The notes: a model not told the origin generated them from the sequence alone. 64,000 bases of DNA from Rhodocyclaceae bacterium (GCA_043761745.1 JAYUNL010000175.1:13047-77046); one strand, 5' to 3'; counted from the first letter of the stretch, positions 41,181-51,477 are shown. Made by a program: numbers and translations.

Positions 41181-41597
41181 TCAGTGGGCCGCGCTTTGCG
41201 TGGAAAACGAGATATGGCTGTAACCGGATTGCTGGGCTGCCTGCATAACGTCGATCACGCTCTGGTGCTCAGTCTTGCGATCCGCGCTGATCACCACCAC
41301 GGGCTCCTTGGCGCTACCGCCCGCGCGGCGCAGCGCGACGCTGATCGCATCAACATCACGCGCCCCCACGGCAATGCGGTTCACCATGACATCACCTGTC
41401 GCGCTCACCACGACATTGATCTCGTTGGATTGATCCTGGTTTTGCGTCGCGTCCGCCGTCGGCAGATTGATCTCGAGGCCGGAAAACTTCGAGTAGGTGG
41501 TGGTAATCATGAGAAAGATCAGGATCACCAAGAGCACGTCGATCATCGGGATCAAATTGATCTCGGGCTCTTCCGGATGTTTACGTTGGAACCTCAT
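41181..41597 (-). CDS. exbD: biopolymer transporter ExbD
   Basis: 138 aa; PEINLIPMIDVLLVILIF TM segment is typical of ExbD/TolR. Confidence 0.9.
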   Translation of the reverse strand: MRFQRKHPEEPEINLIPMIDVLLVILIFLMITTTYSKFSGLEINLPTADATQNQDQSNEINVVVSATGDVMVNRIAVGARDVDAISVALRRAGGSAKEPVVVISADRKTEHQSVIDVMQAAQQSGYSHISFSTQSAAH

Positions 41598-41608
41598 GGG
41601 CGTATCCC

Positions 41609-42217
41609 TTAGCCGGCCCGCTGACCGTGCACCACCTCGACCAGCTTGATTGCCTGCTGCTCCATCTCCACCACCAAGCTATCCACCTGCGCACGGAAAT
41701 GCCGATAAAAAATCATGCTGGGTATGGCGATGACCAGACCGAAGCCGGTGTTGTAGAGCGCTACCGAAATACCGTGCGCCAGCGCCTGCGGATTGTTGCC
41801 GGAAGCCGTGGGCGAACCAAAGATTTCGATCATGCCGACGACGGTACCAAACAAGCCCATCAGAGGGCTGATGGAAGCGATGGTGCCGAGACTGGTCAGG
41901 AAGCGCTCCAGTTCATGCGTGACGCCGCGCCCCGCTTCTTCGATGGATTCCTTCATGATTTCGCGCGAACTCTTCACATTGCGCAGGCCTGCCGCCAACA
42001 CGCGACCAAGCGGAGAATGCGCGGAGAGTCGCGTCAGCATCTCCTCGGTCACGCCGGATTGTCGATAATCGGCGATCACGCTTTGCAGCAAGCCGGCGGG
42101 AACAATTTTGTTGCGACGTAACGTGATGGCACGTTCGATAATGAAGGCGACGGCGAGGATGGAAGCCAGCAATAGCGGATATATGGGCCAACCCGCAGCT
42201 TGAAGAATAGCGAACAC
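41609..42217 (-). CDS. exbB: MotA/TolQ/ExbB proton channel protein
   Basis: 202 aa; SISPLMGLFGTVVGMI motif. Confidence 0.9.
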   Translation of the reverse strand: MFAILQAAGWPIYPLLLASILAVAFIIERAITLRRNKIVPAGLLQSVIADYRQSGVTEEMLTRLSAHSPLGRVLAAGLRNVKSSREIMKESIEEAGRGVTHELERFLTSLGTIASISPLMGLFGTVVGMIEIFGSPTASGNNPQALAHGISVALYNTGFGLVIAIPSMIFYRHFRAQVDSLVVEMEQQAIKLVEVVHGQRAG

Positions 42218-42320
42218 GCAGGGCTCCTGACGTTTTTGGAATAACGCGGAACTCTATCTTGGTGACTCTTTTTCGGCAAGCCAAAACTGTTTTGTTGATG
42301 CTGCGACGCGGCACCATCGC

Positions 42321-42355
42321 TTATCCACAAAACCTGTGGGTAAGTTTGTGGATTA
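42321..42355. promoter_or_regulatory. cluster of three DnaA-box-like 9-mers
   Basis: TTATCCACA (42321-42329, perfect consensus). TGTGGGTAA (42335-42343, equal to TTACCCACA on the other strand, 1 mismatch). TGTGGATTA (42347-42355, equal to TAATCCACA, 1 mismatch). Confidence 0.5.
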
Positions 42356-42535
42356 GTCGTGGACGCGTGCATTAAGTAGCCCGCACGTAAGACTTTTTCC
42401 TACTCTGATGAAAAATAGAGCTTCATTTTATTCGTATAAATATCAGTCTCTTATGTAAAATTCCGCAGGCCGGCTGGTGTGGGTGGCGAACCAGTATGCC
42501 GAAGGTCATATCGTGGATTCCGCTAGAATAGGAAC

Positions 42536-43885
42536 ATGCTAATTCTGCCGCTTGACGACGCTGAAAAGCCACCCGAAGTCCTCTCGGTTTCCGCGCTGAA
42601 CCGACTCTCCCGCGAGGTGCTGGAGCGGAGTTTTCCCTTGCTTTGGGTCAACGGGGAAATCTCCAATCTCACGCGTGCCACTTCCGGTCACGTCTATTTC
42701 TCCCTCAAGGACGAGACCGCGCAGGTACGTTGCGTGATGTTTCGCAACCGCGCCCAACTGCTGCCTTTTCGCCTGCAAGAGGGGCTGCGCGTGGAAGCGC
42801 GGGCGCTGGTAACGCTGTATGAAGCGCGCGGCGAATTCCAACTGAACGTCGAATCGCTGCGCCTCGCCGGCATCGGCGCGCTCTATGAAGCCTATGCGCG
42901 CCTACGCGAAAAACTTGAGAAGGAAGGATTGTTCGACGCGGCGCGCAAGCGCGCCCTGCCTCGATTCCCGCGTCGCGTCGGCATCGTCACCTCGCTGCAA
43001 GCGGCGGCGCTGCGCGATGTGCTGGCCGCCTTCCAGCGCCGCAGTCCGCATGTGCCGCTGGTGATTTACCCCGTGCCCGTGCAAGGCGAAGGCGCCGCCG
43101 AAAAGATCGCGGCGGCGATTACTCTCGCAGCTAGCCGGGCGGAGTGCGACACCCTGATCGTCACGCGCGGCGGCGGCAGCATCGAAGATTTGTGGGCCTT
43201 TAACGAAGAGATTGTGGTGCGGTCGATCGCCGCGAGTCCTATCCCTATCATTGTCGGGGTGGGTCATGAGACGGATTTCACCATTGCCGATTTTGCGGCC
43301 GATCATCGCGCCGCCACCCCCACCGCCGCCGCAGAACTGGCCAGCGCCGGTTACGTTGCAGCGCAGGCGACGCTACGGCGGCTTGGCGCCACGCTAAGCG
43401 AAACAATGCGCCGCTGTCTCGAAACACGCATGCAGCGCGTCGATCTCCTCACTCGCAGCCTGCTGCGGCCGGGCGAACGCCTGGCGAGATTGCGTACGGA
43501 GCTAGCTCATGCCAGCACCAGGCTCCAAGCGGCGCTGCGCTTGCGCCTGACGCGCGCCGCTAGCGCCGTGCAGCATGTGGGCTTCAGACTGACCGCAAAT
43601 CGCCCTGAGGTCGGACTGCAAAGACAGGCGCTTGCGCAACTTAAGACGCAGCTTATCGCCGCAATGGCGACAACGCTACAACATCAACGTACCACCTTGA
43701 ATATCGTGACCACCAACCTCGCCCACCTCAACCCCGCCGCCGTCTTGAGTCGCGGCTATAGCATCACGCGTAATGCCCAAGGCGAGATTGTGCGCAGTAG
43801 CGAACAACTTGCGACTGACGAAACGCTCACGATCGCGTTCGCCCAAGGCTGGACGCGCGCCCAGGTCCGGGAGAAAGGAAACTGA
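42536..43885 (+). CDS. xseA: exodeoxyribonuclease VII large subunit
   Basis: 449 aa; N-terminal OB-fold region (VSALNRLSREVLERSFPLLWVNGEISN...SGHVYFSLKD) and central catalytic region. Confidence 0.92.
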   Translation: MLILPLDDAEKPPEVLSVSALNRLSREVLERSFPLLWVNGEISNLTRATSGHVYFSLKDETAQVRCVMFRNRAQLLPFRLQEGLRVEARALVTLYEARGEFQLNVESLRLAGIGALYEAYARLREKLEKEGLFDAARKRALPRFPRRVGIVTSLQAAALRDVLAAFQRRSPHVPLVIYPVPVQGEGAAEKIAAAITLAASRAECDTLIVTRGGGSIEDLWAFNEEIVVRSIAASPIPIIVGVGHETDFTIADFAADHRAATPTAAAELASAGYVAAQATLRRLGATLSETMRRCLETRMQRVDLLTRSLLRPGERLARLRTELAHASTRLQAALRLRLTRAASAVQHVGFRLTANRPEVGLQRQALAQLKTQLIAAMATTLQHQRTTLNIVTTNLAHLNPAAVLSRGYSITRNAQGEIVRSSEQLATDETLTIAFAQGWTRAQVREKGN

Positions 43886-43928
43886 GAGGAAACTGAAAGG
43901 AAACCACGCTTTTCGGCCAAGAAAAAAA

Positions 43929-43953
43929 ACGCACAGGCGAGATGCCTGTGCGT
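43929..43953. terminator. bidirectional intrinsic terminator
   Basis: ACGCACAGGC-gagat-GCCTGTGCGT flanked by an A-run upstream and TTTTAATTT downstream; lies between convergent stops. Confidence 0.7.
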
Positions 43954-43973
43954 TTTAATTTCTAGTCAGCTTT

Positions 43974-44468
43974 TTAGAACAAGCCGCGATGGAAAATCGC
44001 GCTGGCCGACATGAAAAATAGCATCGGGATCGACAGCGCCGTATTGGTGCGCGAAGCGAGGAAAGCCACGCGGCGGGCTTTGTTCTTCTCTTCATCAGTC
44101 GCCGTGACAAAGCCCAGAATCTTCTTCTGATTCGGCCAGATCAGCACCCAGACGTTGAACAACATGATGGTGCCCAACCAGGCGCCGATGCCGATTGGCA
44201 CGAAAATGGCGTCCTGGAACAGGAAGGCCTTGAGGAAGGCCCCGCCCAATAGCCATGCGCCGGCCAGCCAAGTCGCCACCGCTGCCCAACGAAAAAACAG
44301 CAGTGCACGCGGCGCGACGTGTTTGGTGATCCCGGCAGCCGTGCCGTCCGCTTGAGCCGCCTTGAGCGCGGCGACTTGTACAAAGTTGAAGTAGTACAGT
44401 AGGCCGATCCACATCACGCCAGAAGCGATATGTAGCCAACGGCCGATTCCGTAAGTAATGAATTCCAT
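43974..44468 (-). CDS. small integral membrane protein (resembles the N-terminal membrane domain of PuuD-type urate hydroxylase)
   Basis: 164 aa from the Met at 44468; about four hydrophobic segments; HIASGVMWIGLLYYFNFVQ. The family call is from memory only. Confidence 0.55.
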   Translation of the reverse strand: MEFITYGIGRWLHIASGVMWIGLLYYFNFVQVAALKAAQADGTAAGITKHVAPRALLFFRWAAVATWLAGAWLLGGAFLKAFLFQDAIFVPIGIGAWLGTIMLFNVWVLIWPNQKKILGFVTATDEEKNKARRVAFLASRTNTALSIPMLFFMSASAIFHRGLF

Positions 44469-44470
44469 GG

Positions 44471-44569
44471 TCAGGCTCCCATCAGCGATTTGGCGACATA
44501 GTACAAAACGGCGGTCAGCACGAGGCCGGTAATCACCGTACCCCATAGCGTATCGAGCGGATTTTTCAT
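44471..44569 (-). CDS. hypothetical 32-aa membrane peptide
   Basis: ATG at 44569 preceded by AGGAGA. Single TM segment, MKNPLDTLWGTVITGLVLTAVLYYVAKSLMGA. The stop lies 2 nt before the next start. Confidence 0.4.
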   Translation of the reverse strand: MKNPLDTLWGTVITGLVLTAVLYYVAKSLMGA

Positions 44570-44732
44570 GAAGGTCTCCTTGTTGTTGCGCGGAATTGAT
44601 TTTTTGTGGCGCAGGGTCAGTTGGGGAAAAACCGCGTGAATGCTAGCACAAGGCTTGTGTCGTCGCACCCCCATGGATGCAAGGGTCTTGCAGGCACACC
44701 CCGCCTCAAGACACCGTCATTGATGCCGGAAT

Positions 44733-45182
44733 TCAGCGCGCAGGAGGCGCCTTCTCTATACCTTGGATCTTCGCGCCGGGCGCGATGCCGCGACTCTTGA
44801 ACCACCCGTGGTTCATTTCCAGTGCGAATTTGGCCTTCTTCGCGGCGCAGTGATTGCTGAGGGTCTGGGGCTGCATGTCCTCGATGTTGAGGATAGTTCC
44901 ATTCGCGTCCAAGAAGGCCACGCTAAGCGGAATGAGAGTGTCGCGCATCCACATGCAATGCTCCCCCGCTTCCGGGAAAACGAACAGCATGCCGTTTTGG
45001 GGTGGCATGGATTTCCTGTGCATCAGGCCCAGGGCGCGCTCGTCAAACGTGCTAGCGACTTCAGCCTCGATACGATGTATGCCCGCACTCAAGCCAAGCG
45101 GCGGCGCCGCATGAGCAGGGCCGCAGGCCAGCAAGCCAAGCAAGGCCCAACGCGCCAGACCCGAAGGAATGAAACACTTCAT
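44733..45182 (-). CDS. DUF192 domain protein (secreted)
   Basis: 149 aa from the Met at 45182, with GAGGA upstream. Signal peptide MKCFIPSGLARWALLGLLACGPAHA. GLMHRKSMPPQNGMLFVF is typical of DUF192. Confidence 0.75.
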   Translation of the reverse strand: MKCFIPSGLARWALLGLLACGPAHAAPPLGLSAGIHRIEAEVASTFDERALGLMHRKSMPPQNGMLFVFPEAGEHCMWMRDTLIPLSVAFLDANGTILNIEDMQPQTLSNHCAAKKAKFALEMNHGWFKSRGIAPGAKIQGIEKAPPAR

Positions 45183-45216
45183 ATCGCGTTCCTCAAATAA
45201 CCACGCCATAAAAAAA

Positions 45217-45239
45217 GGCAGGGAAACCCTGCCTTTTTT
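45217..45239 (-). terminator. intrinsic terminator downstream of the KE-rich protein gene
   Basis: GGCAGGG-aaa-CCCTGCC flanked by an A-run and a T-run. Confidence 0.7.
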
Positions 45240-45254
45240 GTTGCTGCGGCAAAA

Positions 45255-45560
45255 TTACTTGGCAGCGGGCTTCTTGTCGTCGGCCTTCTTCTCTTCTTTC
45301 TTCTCTTCCTTTTTCTCTTCAGCCTTCTTCTCGTCGGCCTTCTTCACTTCCTTCTTCACTTCCTTCTTTTCAACCTTCTTCTCGACCTTCTTCTCGACCT
45401 TCTTCTCTTCAGCTTTTTTCTCGTCGGCCTTCTTTTCTTCCTTCTTTTCTTCCTTTTTCTCGGCCTTCGGTGCGTCAGCCTTCGGTGCGTCAGCAGCGAA
45501 AGAAGCGACAGACACGGTCGCGAACAGGGCGGCGATCAGAACGGATAGCAGTTTGCTCAT
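45255..45560 (-). CDS. small secreted Lys/Glu-rich low-complexity repeat protein
   Basis: 101 aa; AAGGAAA upstream. Signal peptide MSKLLSVLIAALFATVSVASFA, then ADAPKADAPKAEKKEEKKEEKK..., ending PAAK. Has its own terminator. Confidence 0.7.
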   Translation of the reverse strand: MSKLLSVLIAALFATVSVASFAADAPKADAPKAEKKEEKKEEKKADEKKAEEKKVEKKVEKKVEKKEVKKEVKKADEKKAEEKKEEKKEEKKADDKKPAAK

Positions 45561-45704
45561 AGTAACTTTCCTTAATTAGGGTATGAATTTATTGGATGGG
45601 TGAACCAGAATCGCTTCCGGTCAATGAATTATAACGTAAGAGGGTTTTTTCGTTGCCGCGCTGCGGCAGCAGTACGCTCGCGTACTCCCTGATCCTACGA
45701 ACAA

Positions 45705-45730
45705 AAGTGGCAGGGTTACCCCTGCCACTT
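45705..45730 (-). terminator. intrinsic terminator downstream of the Ala/Pro-rich protein gene
   Basis: AAGTGGCAGGG-ttac-CCCTGCCACTT; the GGCAGGG/CCCTGCC core is shared with the terminator at 45217-45239. Confidence 0.7.
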
Positions 45731-45750
45731 TTACTCAATCGCCAGACAAA

Positions 45751-46023
45751 TTACTTGGCAGCAGGCGCAGCGGGAGCGGCTTCAGCGGCCTTCTTGCTCT
45801 TCTTCTTGCTCTTCTTGCTCTTGCCCTTCTTGGGGGCTTCGGCAGCGGGCTTGTCGGCAGCGGCAGCCGGAGCGGCAGCAGCAGCCGGGGCGGCAGCAGC
45901 AGCCGGGGCGGCGGCAGGGGCCGCGGCAGCAGCGGGCTTGTCGGCAGCCTTCGGGGCATCAGCGGCGATGGCGGTAGTGGCGGCGAAAGCGCCAACGATC
46001 AGTGCGGTCAGAAGCTTGTTCAT
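45751..46023 (-). CDS. small secreted Ala/Pro-rich, Lys-rich low-complexity protein
   Basis: 90 aa; AAGGAAAG upstream. Signal peptide MNKLLTALIVGAFAATTAIA, then ADAPKAADKPAAAAAPAAAP...KKGKSKKSKKKSKK..., ending PAAK. Confidence 0.7.
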   Translation of the reverse strand: MNKLLTALIVGAFAATTAIAADAPKAADKPAAAAAPAAAPAAAAAPAAAAAPAAAADKPAAEAPKKGKSKKSKKKSKKAAEAAPAAPAAK

Positions 46024-46129
46024 TTACTTTCCTTTTCAAATTAGGTGGTTTCGTTGACTGTCCCGAGCAATACGTCCAGGTGTCAGGTGCAGTAACGCGC
46101 CACCCACAGGACAGGTTGACACGATATTC

Positions 46130-46672
46130 TCAAGCATCTTGGCTGCGCCACTCACCGGGCTGCAACCCATCCAGTCTCCAGAGCCCTATGGCCGCCCGGA
46201 TCAGGCGCAAGGTGGGATAACCTACTTTAGCGGTCATGCGTCTCACCTGGCGGTTCTTACCCTCTTTAAGTACGATTTCCAACCACGCTGTGGGAATGCT
46301 CTTGCGCGCTCTGATCGGCGGGTTGCGCGGCCAAAGATCGGCGGGCTCCTCGATCAAACGCGCCTCGCAGGGCTTGGTGACAAAATCGCCCAGATCCAGT
46401 CCAGAAGTCAGGCGGCTGAGGGCGGATATATCGGGCGAGCCCTCCACCTGAGCCCAATAAACCTTGGCTATCTTATGCGCAGGATCGGCGACGCGTTTTT
46501 GCAGGCGGCCATCATCGGTCAGCAGCAGCAGCCCTTCGCTGTCAACATCCAGCCGGCCCGCTGCGTAGACGCCCGGAATCTCCAAAAAATCAGACAGCGA
46601 AGCATGGCCTGCCTCGGGCGTAAACTGGCTGAGTACCCCATACGGCTTGTTGAACAAAACCAAGCGACCCAT
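46130..46672 (-). CDS. rluE: rRNA pseudouridine synthase, RluE-like (RsuA family without an S4 domain)
   Basis: 180 aa; [12 protein letters not shown] and catalytic [14 protein letters not shown] motifs. Confidence 0.82.
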   Translation of the reverse strand: MGRLVLFNKPYGVLSQFTPEAGHASLSDFLEIPGVYAAGRLDVDSEGLLLLTDDGRLQKRVADPAHKIAKVYWAQVEGSPDISALSRLTSGLDLGDFVTKPCEARLIEEPADLWPRNPPIRARKSIPTAWLEIVLKEGKNRQVRRMTAKVGYPTLRLIRAAIGLWRLDGLQPGEWRSQDA

Positions 46673-46684
46673 GCAGCGCTATGC

Positions 46685-48490
46685 TCAGGCGATACTGGCG
46701 ACGGGTTGCATCGCCTTGGCCGCCGCCCCATCCAGCCGTCCCTGTCCGAAAAGATGACAGAAACGGCCCGCTTCTGGATAGGGGAAAAAGTCGGGCACCT
46801 GCCCTTCGGCGATTTTCCGCTGGATCTCCTGCCAGAACGCCGGCGTCAGCAAGTTGGCGTGATAGTGCATAAACACGCGGCGGGTCTCGGGGTTGGTGAG
46901 CAGGAAGCTGCCGAATTCCTCCGGAAATACATCGTTTCGCGCCACTGAATACCAAGCCTCACCCGACATCTCCGCTTCCGGCGTTGGCGGCTCCGGGATG
47001 CGACGGAAGTTGCAATCCGTCATGTATTCAATTTCGTCGTAGTCGTAAAACACCACCCGACCGTAGCGCGTCACGCCAAAATTCTTGAACAACATATCAC
47101 CTGGAAAGATGTTGGCATAGGCCAGCTCCTTGATGGCATTGCCATACTCGCGCACCGCTTGTTCACGCTCCACCTCACTGGCGTTGTCGAGATAAATATT
47201 GAGCGGCACCATGCGTCGCTCGATATACACATGCTTGATGATCATCTCCTGGCTGTCCTCTTCCAGCAGCGAAGGGCATTGCAGCCGAAGCTCTTCGAGC
47301 AACGCTTGGCTGAAGCGAGCTTTCGGCAGGGCGACATCCGAGAATTCCAGGGTATCCGCCATGCGGCCGACGCGATCATGCTGCTTGACCAGCAGGTACT
47401 TGGCCCGGACAGTATCGTGGTCAACTTCCTTGGGCGGCGCGAAAAAATCCTTGATCACTTTAAACACGTAGGGGAAGGAGGGTAGGGTGAACACCGCCAT
47501 CACCAAGCCGCGTATGCCGGGCGCAACGATGAACTCGTCACGCGAATGGCGCAGGTGGGTGATGAGATCGCGGTAAAACATCGTCTTGCCCTGCTTCGCC
47601 AGCCCGAGCATGGTGTACAACTCGGCTTTGGGCCGGTTGGGCATCATGCTGCGCAGGAATTGCACATAGGCCGAGGGCACATCCATGTCAACCATGAAAT
47701 AGGCACGGCTGACCGAGAACAAGGTGCTGATATTCACCGAGTCCAGTAGCACCGTATCAAGATACAGCTTGCCTTCCGCGTCGTGCAGCACAGGTACGAC
47801 AAACGGATATTCGCAATCACCATTGATAGCCTTGCCGACGATGTAGGCGCCTTTGTTGCGATAAAACGCCGAAGACAACACCTGTAGCTGGCAGTTCGCC
47901 TCGGCCGCCGGGAAGCCGCCACCCAAATGCCGCCGCACGGTTTCGATGCAATAGCGGATGTCGCGTTCCAGGTCGACGAACTGGCAGCGCCAACCGAAGC
48001 CGACACATATCTCGCGAATTGCCCGGTGCATGCCGACCTGTTTGGGATAGTAGCTCCGATAAGCCGGCGGATCGGACTCGATAAACTCTGTCGAAATCGC
48101 CGGACGGACGAAAATAAAATCGTTGTGAAAGTAATTACGATGAAGAATTTTGCAGCAAACTGAGTTGAAGAAAGTTTCTGCCAGTTCCGGTTGCTTGTGA
48201 TTGGTGAGCAGGCCGATGAACAGCAGCTTGGCGAGTTGCCAGGTATTGCTGTCAAGCTTGTCGGCCTGAAATCCCTTATGCAATAACTCGACAGTCTCAT
48301 TCACCCGCGTGTCATAGAACTGGATGCGCTCGCGGACGGCGAGTTGCACCGCGCGCCAGTCGCCGGCATCGAAGCGGTCCTTCGCCTGCGCGCTACACTC
48401 GCGAAACAAACGATAGTGCTTATTGAAGCCGTCAACCAGCGCTTGCGCGATTGCCAGGGCGGCAGGGTTTTCACCGGGGGGAATGATCAT
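46685..48490 (-). CDS. aceK: bifunctional isocitrate dehydrogenase kinase/phosphatase
   Basis: 601 aa; full-length AceK resemblance (e.g. FDYDEIEYMTDCNFRRIP). Confidence 0.92.
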   Translation of the reverse strand: MIIPPGENPAALAIAQALVDGFNKHYRLFRECSAQAKDRFDAGDWRAVQLAVRERIQFYDTRVNETVELLHKGFQADKLDSNTWQLAKLLFIGLLTNHKQPELAETFFNSVCCKILHRNYFHNDFIFVRPAISTEFIESDPPAYRSYYPKQVGMHRAIREICVGFGWRCQFVDLERDIRYCIETVRRHLGGGFPAAEANCQLQVLSSAFYRNKGAYIVGKAINGDCEYPFVVPVLHDAEGKLYLDTVLLDSVNISTLFSVSRAYFMVDMDVPSAYVQFLRSMMPNRPKAELYTMLGLAKQGKTMFYRDLITHLRHSRDEFIVAPGIRGLVMAVFTLPSFPYVFKVIKDFFAPPKEVDHDTVRAKYLLVKQHDRVGRMADTLEFSDVALPKARFSQALLEELRLQCPSLLEEDSQEMIIKHVYIERRMVPLNIYLDNASEVEREQAVREYGNAIKELAYANIFPGDMLFKNFGVTRYGRVVFYDYDEIEYMTDCNFRRIPEPPTPEAEMSGEAWYSVARNDVFPEEFGSFLLTNPETRRVFMHYHANLLTPAFWQEIQRKIAEGQVPDFFPYPEAGRFCHLFGQGRLDGAAAKAMQPVASIA

Positions 48491-48819
48491 TTAACGGCCT
48501 GAAGAATGCATGAGGTCTGAAGCGATTCAAAATATAACGGTAACGCATTTTGGGCAGCGACGCTGCTAACACAAACGCTGGCATAGTGCATCGCAATCAC
48601 GGATAATACCGTCTAACAAGTTGGGCCTGCTCGCTGCGGCCGTCCTATGCAAACCAGCATCCGACGCCTTGAGCCCAGTCCCGCTGCACCAAATTCGGTA
48701 CGCAGCATGCCTGCGAGGCGCTCCAGTCAAAGCCGTTCGAGCAATTGGCGGGGCTCGCGAAATCGCCGGGCGTTCATGCTACCTGTTCGGTTCCTTACAC
48801 TACTTATAATGGAGTTGTC

Positions 48820-50076
<1,257 letters not shown>

Positions 50077-50084
50077 TCGTTAAC

Positions 50085-50486
50085 ATGAAGGCAGCGCCCA
50101 GCGTCAGCAGCATCATGTCGCCCTTCCAGACGGTGGGCGGCGCGGAGCCCGTTGATGTAGCCATGCAAGTCATGCGCGCGCATGGCCTGAACGCCATCCT
50201 GGTCGAACCGAATGCGGAAGGCGAATGGGGCATCATGACCAAGCGTGATGTCTTGCGCCACATCATCGTGCGCAATCGTCGGCCCGATAGCATGACGGTG
50301 AACGACATCGCCAGCCGCTATCTCTTTACATGCACGCGCGACACCCCGCTGCTACAGGTCGCCCGGCAGATGATGAATAACGGCCTACGCCGCGTGGTGG
50401 TGATGGAGAACGGCCAGCCGCTGGGCGTGGTTACTGAAGCGGATTTATTCAGGCTGGTGGAAGCATCGAGCTGGGGTTCCGCTTAA
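50085..50486 (+). CDS. CBS domain pair protein
   Basis: 133 aa from the ATG at 50085; two CBS-like repeats (IMSPFQTV..., IASRYLFTC...GVVTEADLFR). Confidence 0.78.
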   Translation: MKAAPSVSSIMSPFQTVGGAEPVDVAMQVMRAHGLNAILVEPNAEGEWGIMTKRDVLRHIIVRNRRPDSMTVNDIASRYLFTCTRDTPLLQVARQMMNNGLRRVVVMENGQPLGVVTEADLFRLVEASSWGSA

Positions 50487-50554
50487 AGTCGCGCAGTGAC
50501 GTCACCACAAACGAACGGCGCCGACTCGGCCGACTTGGCAAACCCTGGACAGAA

Positions 50555-50586
50555 AAAAGCCCGCTTCCAAAAAGAGGCGGGCTTTT
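50555..50586. terminator. bidirectional intrinsic terminator between the CBS gene and cspA
   Basis: AAAAGCCCGC...GCGGGCTTTT; A-run upstream and T-run downstream. Confidence 0.7.
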
Positions 50587-50644
50587 GAAATCTGTATTAC
50601 GCAACCGGACAGGGTCGTGGCCGCCGCCGGCCCAAGCTACCTTC

Positions 50645-50848
50645 TCAGGCGGCTTGGATGTTTGAGGCTTGCTTGCCCTTGGGACCTTGCGTCACCTCGA
50701 AGGACACTTTCTGTCCTTCTTTGAGCGTCTTAAAGCCGCCCATTTGAATCGCCGAGAAATGGGCGAACAGATCTTCGCTGCCGTCATCCGGCGTGATGAA
50801 TCCGTAACCCTTTGCGTCATTGAACCACTTAACAGTACCGGTTGCCAT
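50645..50848 (-). CDS. cspA: cold-shock protein, CspA family
   Basis: 67 aa; [15 protein letters not shown] (RNP1) and DLFAHFS (RNP2). Confidence 0.95.
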   Translation of the reverse strand: MATGTVKWFNDAKGYGFITPDDGSEDLFAHFSAIQMGGFKTLKEGQKVSFEVTQGPKGKQASNIQAA

Positions 50849-51167
50849 ATAGCTATTTCCTCTTTTAAAAACACCTTGGCCCGAGCGGTGAGCCCGGTCG
50901 TGATCGCATCAAGATTAGTGACAGCACGGAGCGAAGCGGGTTTCAGCAAAGGAAGCGCGGCATCCGACCAGTACAGCATTGAAAATTGATGCAAACACGC
51001 GAATTTTTACGCCACTTATTCGACAGACGTCAAGCGCTTTTGTTACATTTATTATGCTGCATAACAACATTCGTGCTTTTTTGACACACTTGTGAAAAGC
51101 AGATCACCCCCAAACTTAATCCATGTCTGCTTGTTGCAGATTCGTTTTTTCTGATTAGAATTGAACC

Positions 51168-51476
51168 ATGGCCACACGCAAGCAGAGCGAATCCGTGCTT
51201 GAAGTGGAGCGGAACAAAACACAACCGCCACCGCTATTCAAGGTTTTGCTGTTAAATGACGATTACACTCCCATGGATTTCGTGGTTGTGGTGTTGCTCA
51301 AGTTTTTCGGCATGAGCCGCGAACAAGCCACACAGATCATGCTCAAAGTACACAAGGACGGCGTTGGCGTCTGCGGCATCTTTCCGCACGATGTCGCCGC
51401 CACCAAGGTGGAGCAGGTAAGCAGTTTTGCACGCGAGTACCAGCACCCGCTGGCGTGCGTGATGGAGAAAAATTAA
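51168..51476 (+). CDS. clpS: ATP-dependent Clp protease adaptor ClpS
   Basis: 102 aa; [20 protein letters not shown] motif; immediately upstream of clpA. Confidence 0.95.
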   Translation: MATRKQSESVLEVERNKTQPPPLFKVLLLNDDYTPMDFVVVVLLKFFGMSREQATQIMLKVHKDGVGVCGIFPHDVAATKVEQVSSFAREYQHPLACVMEKN

Positions 51477-51477
51477 G

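Noticed and set aside
42321-42464. Possibility that the DnaA-box cluster plus AT-rich tract is the chromosomal origin (oriC).
   Set aside because: I found only three boxes. No dnaA, dnaN, gidA or parAB-type origin-linked genes are nearby, and flanking gene orientation shows no obvious strand switch. It is kept as a finding about DnaA binding, but not called as oriC.
45169-45579. 136-aa plus-strand ORF with FFSSFFSS repeats; also the 134-aa plus-strand ORF at 45653-46057.
   Set aside because: They are mirror images of the minus-strand low-complexity genes. Only the minus-strand frames have an RBS, a signal peptide and a downstream terminator.
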